A stretch of DNA of 64,000 nucleotides from Squalus acanthias (taxonomy: Eukaryota). The DNA lies in the NCBI GenBank assembly GCA_030390025.1, contig CM059447.1:26226001-26290000 (forward strand), read 5' to 3'. The notes under the pieces were generated by a model that saw only the letters and a program-made list of their open reading frames with translations, did not search any database and was not told the DNA's origin. Numbering within the stretch: position 1 is the stretch's first letter; each line of letters begins with the position of its first letter. Positions 61,023-64,000 of this stretch are shown piece by piece. The translations under genes were made by a program, and so were the position numbers.

Positions 61023-61123
61023 TTTAATGAACAAATTTATTTCTGGAAGATTAGACAGCAGGTTCTACATCATGATATCATATGATTTGTTACAACTGTG
61101 TATGGTAAACTTTCTCATTTATT
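61023..61123 (-). promoter_or_regulatory. Probable NDEL1 poly(A) signals
   Basis: Minus-strand AATAAA (61118-61123, 61036-61041) and ATTAAA (61023-61028), followed by GT-rich gtgtgcagggtgttggtctgtt. Confidence 0.55.
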
Positions 61124-61924
61124 AAACATGCCATATAGAATCTGAATAAATAATGCTACAAAGCCCAAGCTATGTACAAATATCTTGGGCAAAGTTATGT
61201 TTACAAACTTATATACAGTAAAAAGAAACGTAAACAGGCAACGTAATTATCTGAATTATGCAACAAAATAAAATGTAAAAGTGATCGAGTTGATGCATAG
61301 AAACAAAAATCAATGCTGTAAATGGTTCAAAAAATTAAAGTAAGTTTGTTATCCAACTTTTGTATTTTTTTTTAAAAAACAAACCAATTTACACTTAAAC
61401 AATGCTTAAATATATCTTCATAAATCTGACATTAGAAACCAAGGAGAAATTGTACAGTACAACATAAAAATTACAGGAATTGGTGTTTTAAAATACCACC
61501 AAATCTAGGCACATAACCGAGAAACCCAGACCAACTATCTGGAGAGTCACACACCCTACAAGTGGCTTGAACAAATACCATATATACCATCATTAGCTTT
61601 GAATATGTAGACTTTTCCAATACTGCTTAGGATTTCAATTTTGAATGCACAATATACAAGTCTGCTGTTGCTGTAATGTATAACAGGAATAGCATTAAAA
61701 CCCACATGAACGGTAAAGTAATGTGACATTAACTACACTGCAGTGACAGTATATCAACAGAGATTAAGAGGCAAACTGTTTAATAAACTGAAAATCTTGT
61801 GCAGAACGAGTAAGATAAAAGTTCAGAAATTCCTACACACCGCCGTGCACTCCATTTGTAGCCAGGTTACATTGGTTATCCTGTTGTTTGAAGTAGACGT
61901 TAAAAAAAAATGTAGTATGGCTAT

Positions 61925-62012
61925 TTAGACACTGAGTGGCAGCATGCCTGGTGGTGAAGAAGGTGGCGCTGATCCAATTCGAGCAGGTCCTTGGTCTAGA
62001 CCATTTACTGCC
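61925..62012 (-). CDS. NDEL1: NDEL1 terminal coding exon (rest of gene beyond window end)
   Basis: Minus strand tttttttgttgaatatag|G GCA GTA AAT...GTC TAA = (G)AVNGLDQGPARIGSAPPSSPPGMLPLSV*, matching the NDEL1 C-terminus GAVNG...PGMLPLSV; tail-to-tail with MYH10 as in mammals. Confidence 0.92.
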
Positions 62013-63897
62013 CTATATTCAACAAAAAAACTGGTTACATTAAAGTATTTTATACAAGGTTGCTACAGTAGCTGGTAATCTATAGATCTGGTACAAGTCT
62101 GACAACATTCAAGATACAAACATTAATTACTAGAATGAGAAACTCTTCTAAACTGTCTCAAGACAATTATCAAGTCCATTGTTAGCTCTGGGTTGAGGAC
62201 AAAATACAAATTATATAGACTAATCAATTCACTTGCTTTGGTTTCCTGGTGGGTCTATTTCTGGAGATTCGGCTTCCTTCAATACTGTTTCTGCATCCTG
62301 CACCATTACCTGGCCTTGAAAATTAAAGATCCGCATTAGCTACTCTACTACAATATTAAACTGGCAATGGTCTAAATGACACAATTAAAAACATTTATCA
62401 ATTTTATATAGTTACCAACTACAACTAAATGTTGATCTCCATTGTATGCAATTATAGCATGAAACGTATCAGATAGGTTTATATCTGATTTTCAAACTTC
62501 AGTAGTTTTACTACAATATTACGGGTTGTTTCAATACCATAATGTGCAAGTTGAAAACATTTATAAAAAAGAAAGCTGACCCAAGAAGACTGGAAATCCC
62601 TAGAGTGTCTGAAGCTTAAGGGTTAATAGAGTTTGGTTTTGATGAGATTTGGAAAGAGATGGCAATATTCATATTTAAACCCGATTTTAACATTTCCATT
62701 ACAAAGAGTCACTAATGATCATCCTTATGCAAACATTTATACGAGGTTTGTCCAAGATGCAACTGATTCTATGTACAATTACAAAGTAACTCACTGTACA
62801 AAAACAACTACACACATTCGGTACTTCTAGACATAATGGCATACAGGATTTTTTAAAGAAGTGAACATGTGCCAACAGAAGGCTTTAGTAGCAAATGCAC
62901 ATCTTAATGTATTTTTCACGTACACACTTGTTAGTATTGCTTTTAAGTTTAGCCATGCCTCAGATTTGAATGTACAAGAGACAATCCACAACCAGTTAAT
63001 TTTCTTTTTTTTTTAAAAAAACATTGTGCCCTGGGTAAGAACCATTTTTATAAGTTTACTGTTGTATCTCTGGCTCAAGTTTTTATTTAAATATCCTTCA
63101 TTTTTATTCAGATCTAATATAAAATTTCCGCTGTGCATAAATATCTAAATTTCCATTTAGTAATGCTAGTTGTTCAAGTTGACCACCGTGTTTCAAAGTT
63201 TAGCCCAGTGCACAAAGCTTTGGCTAGTATTTCCACATACGTTTTAAGAAAAATATAATTTTGATTTGATCATTCACCTCCACATTTAGCCAAGCAGTCC
63301 GTGTGTTATGCAGATTTGAGGCTCAACCAGAAAAAGGTTTAAGATTGGGAGAGAAAACCTACCCAGAATCTAAATATGTTGCTGCACATTTGCCTCTGCA
63401 TTTCTTGCAAAGAAACTCAGACAGAGTAAACTTGAATGCTTGTAGAAATGCTGTCACTTGTTAGATACGGCACAGAACTTACGGCTGAAAAAATTATAAA
63501 TAGGTCATAATGGAGTCAGAATTTTGGCAATAATGTTAAACTTCCAACATTCTGAATCCTAAAATACAACCCAGTCACAGCCATTTTCCACATTCTATTT
63601 GGTGCCTCTTACAGCTTCTTAACAGGTGCTATACTTAATGCAGGTTTGTACTACAAGTTCATCTGCAGTTTAAATGTTTTTAACTGCAATAGCAAAGATG
63701 ACATTTTGTCAACCAAGGGAAATTTTTCATCTTAGCTGCATTTAAAGACGAATTTCCACAGGCCATAGGATAAGCCCCATACACAGATTATAAAATTGTA
63801 GGGTAAAAATTTAGAAGAGCCACCAGGAGCTGCATTTTGAGGAATTATATGATACAATATCTGGCACCTTAAGCCAGGCTCTTACTACTTGCCACAG

Positions 63898-63969
63898 AAT
63901 ACCAAAATCCCCATGCAGTTAGTGAAAATTCAGCCTAAATCTAGGTGTTAATCCTGCTTCCATTTACAT
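63898..63969 (+). repeat. 72-bp direct repeat, copy 2
   Basis: 67/72 identical to 60643-60714. Confidence 0.9.
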
Positions 63970-64000
63970 CACCATTGCGATAGCATGCAGGTGATCACTG

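Overview
Vertebrate genomic DNA, AT-rich with spliceosomal introns; the repeat content (CR1, L2, RTE, Deu-type SINEs, a Penelope-associated repeat) suggests a cartilaginous fish, which is an inference. Positions 469-35247 (+) hold the last 24 coding exons of non-muscle myosin heavy chain IIB (MYH10). All are GT-AG and phase-compatible, running from the converter/IQ region through the rod to the non-helical tailpiece, with poly(A) signals near 37.0 kb. At the right end, the terminal coding exon of NDEL1 lies on the - strand (61925-62012, ...PGMLPLSV*), missed by the ORF track and giving the tail-to-tail MYH10/NDEL1 arrangement. Between the two genes is an intact, intronless 330-aa ARMC10/ARMCX-like ORF (53653-54645), the best novelty candidate: a probable retrogene that would parallel the eutherian ARMCX cluster. 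Introns and the intergenic region contain LINE fragments (some nested), SINEs, several MITEs with readable TIRs/TSDs, and a minimal hammerhead-ribozyme motif. There is one assembly gap (6732-6995). All family assignments are by recognition, not by database search.
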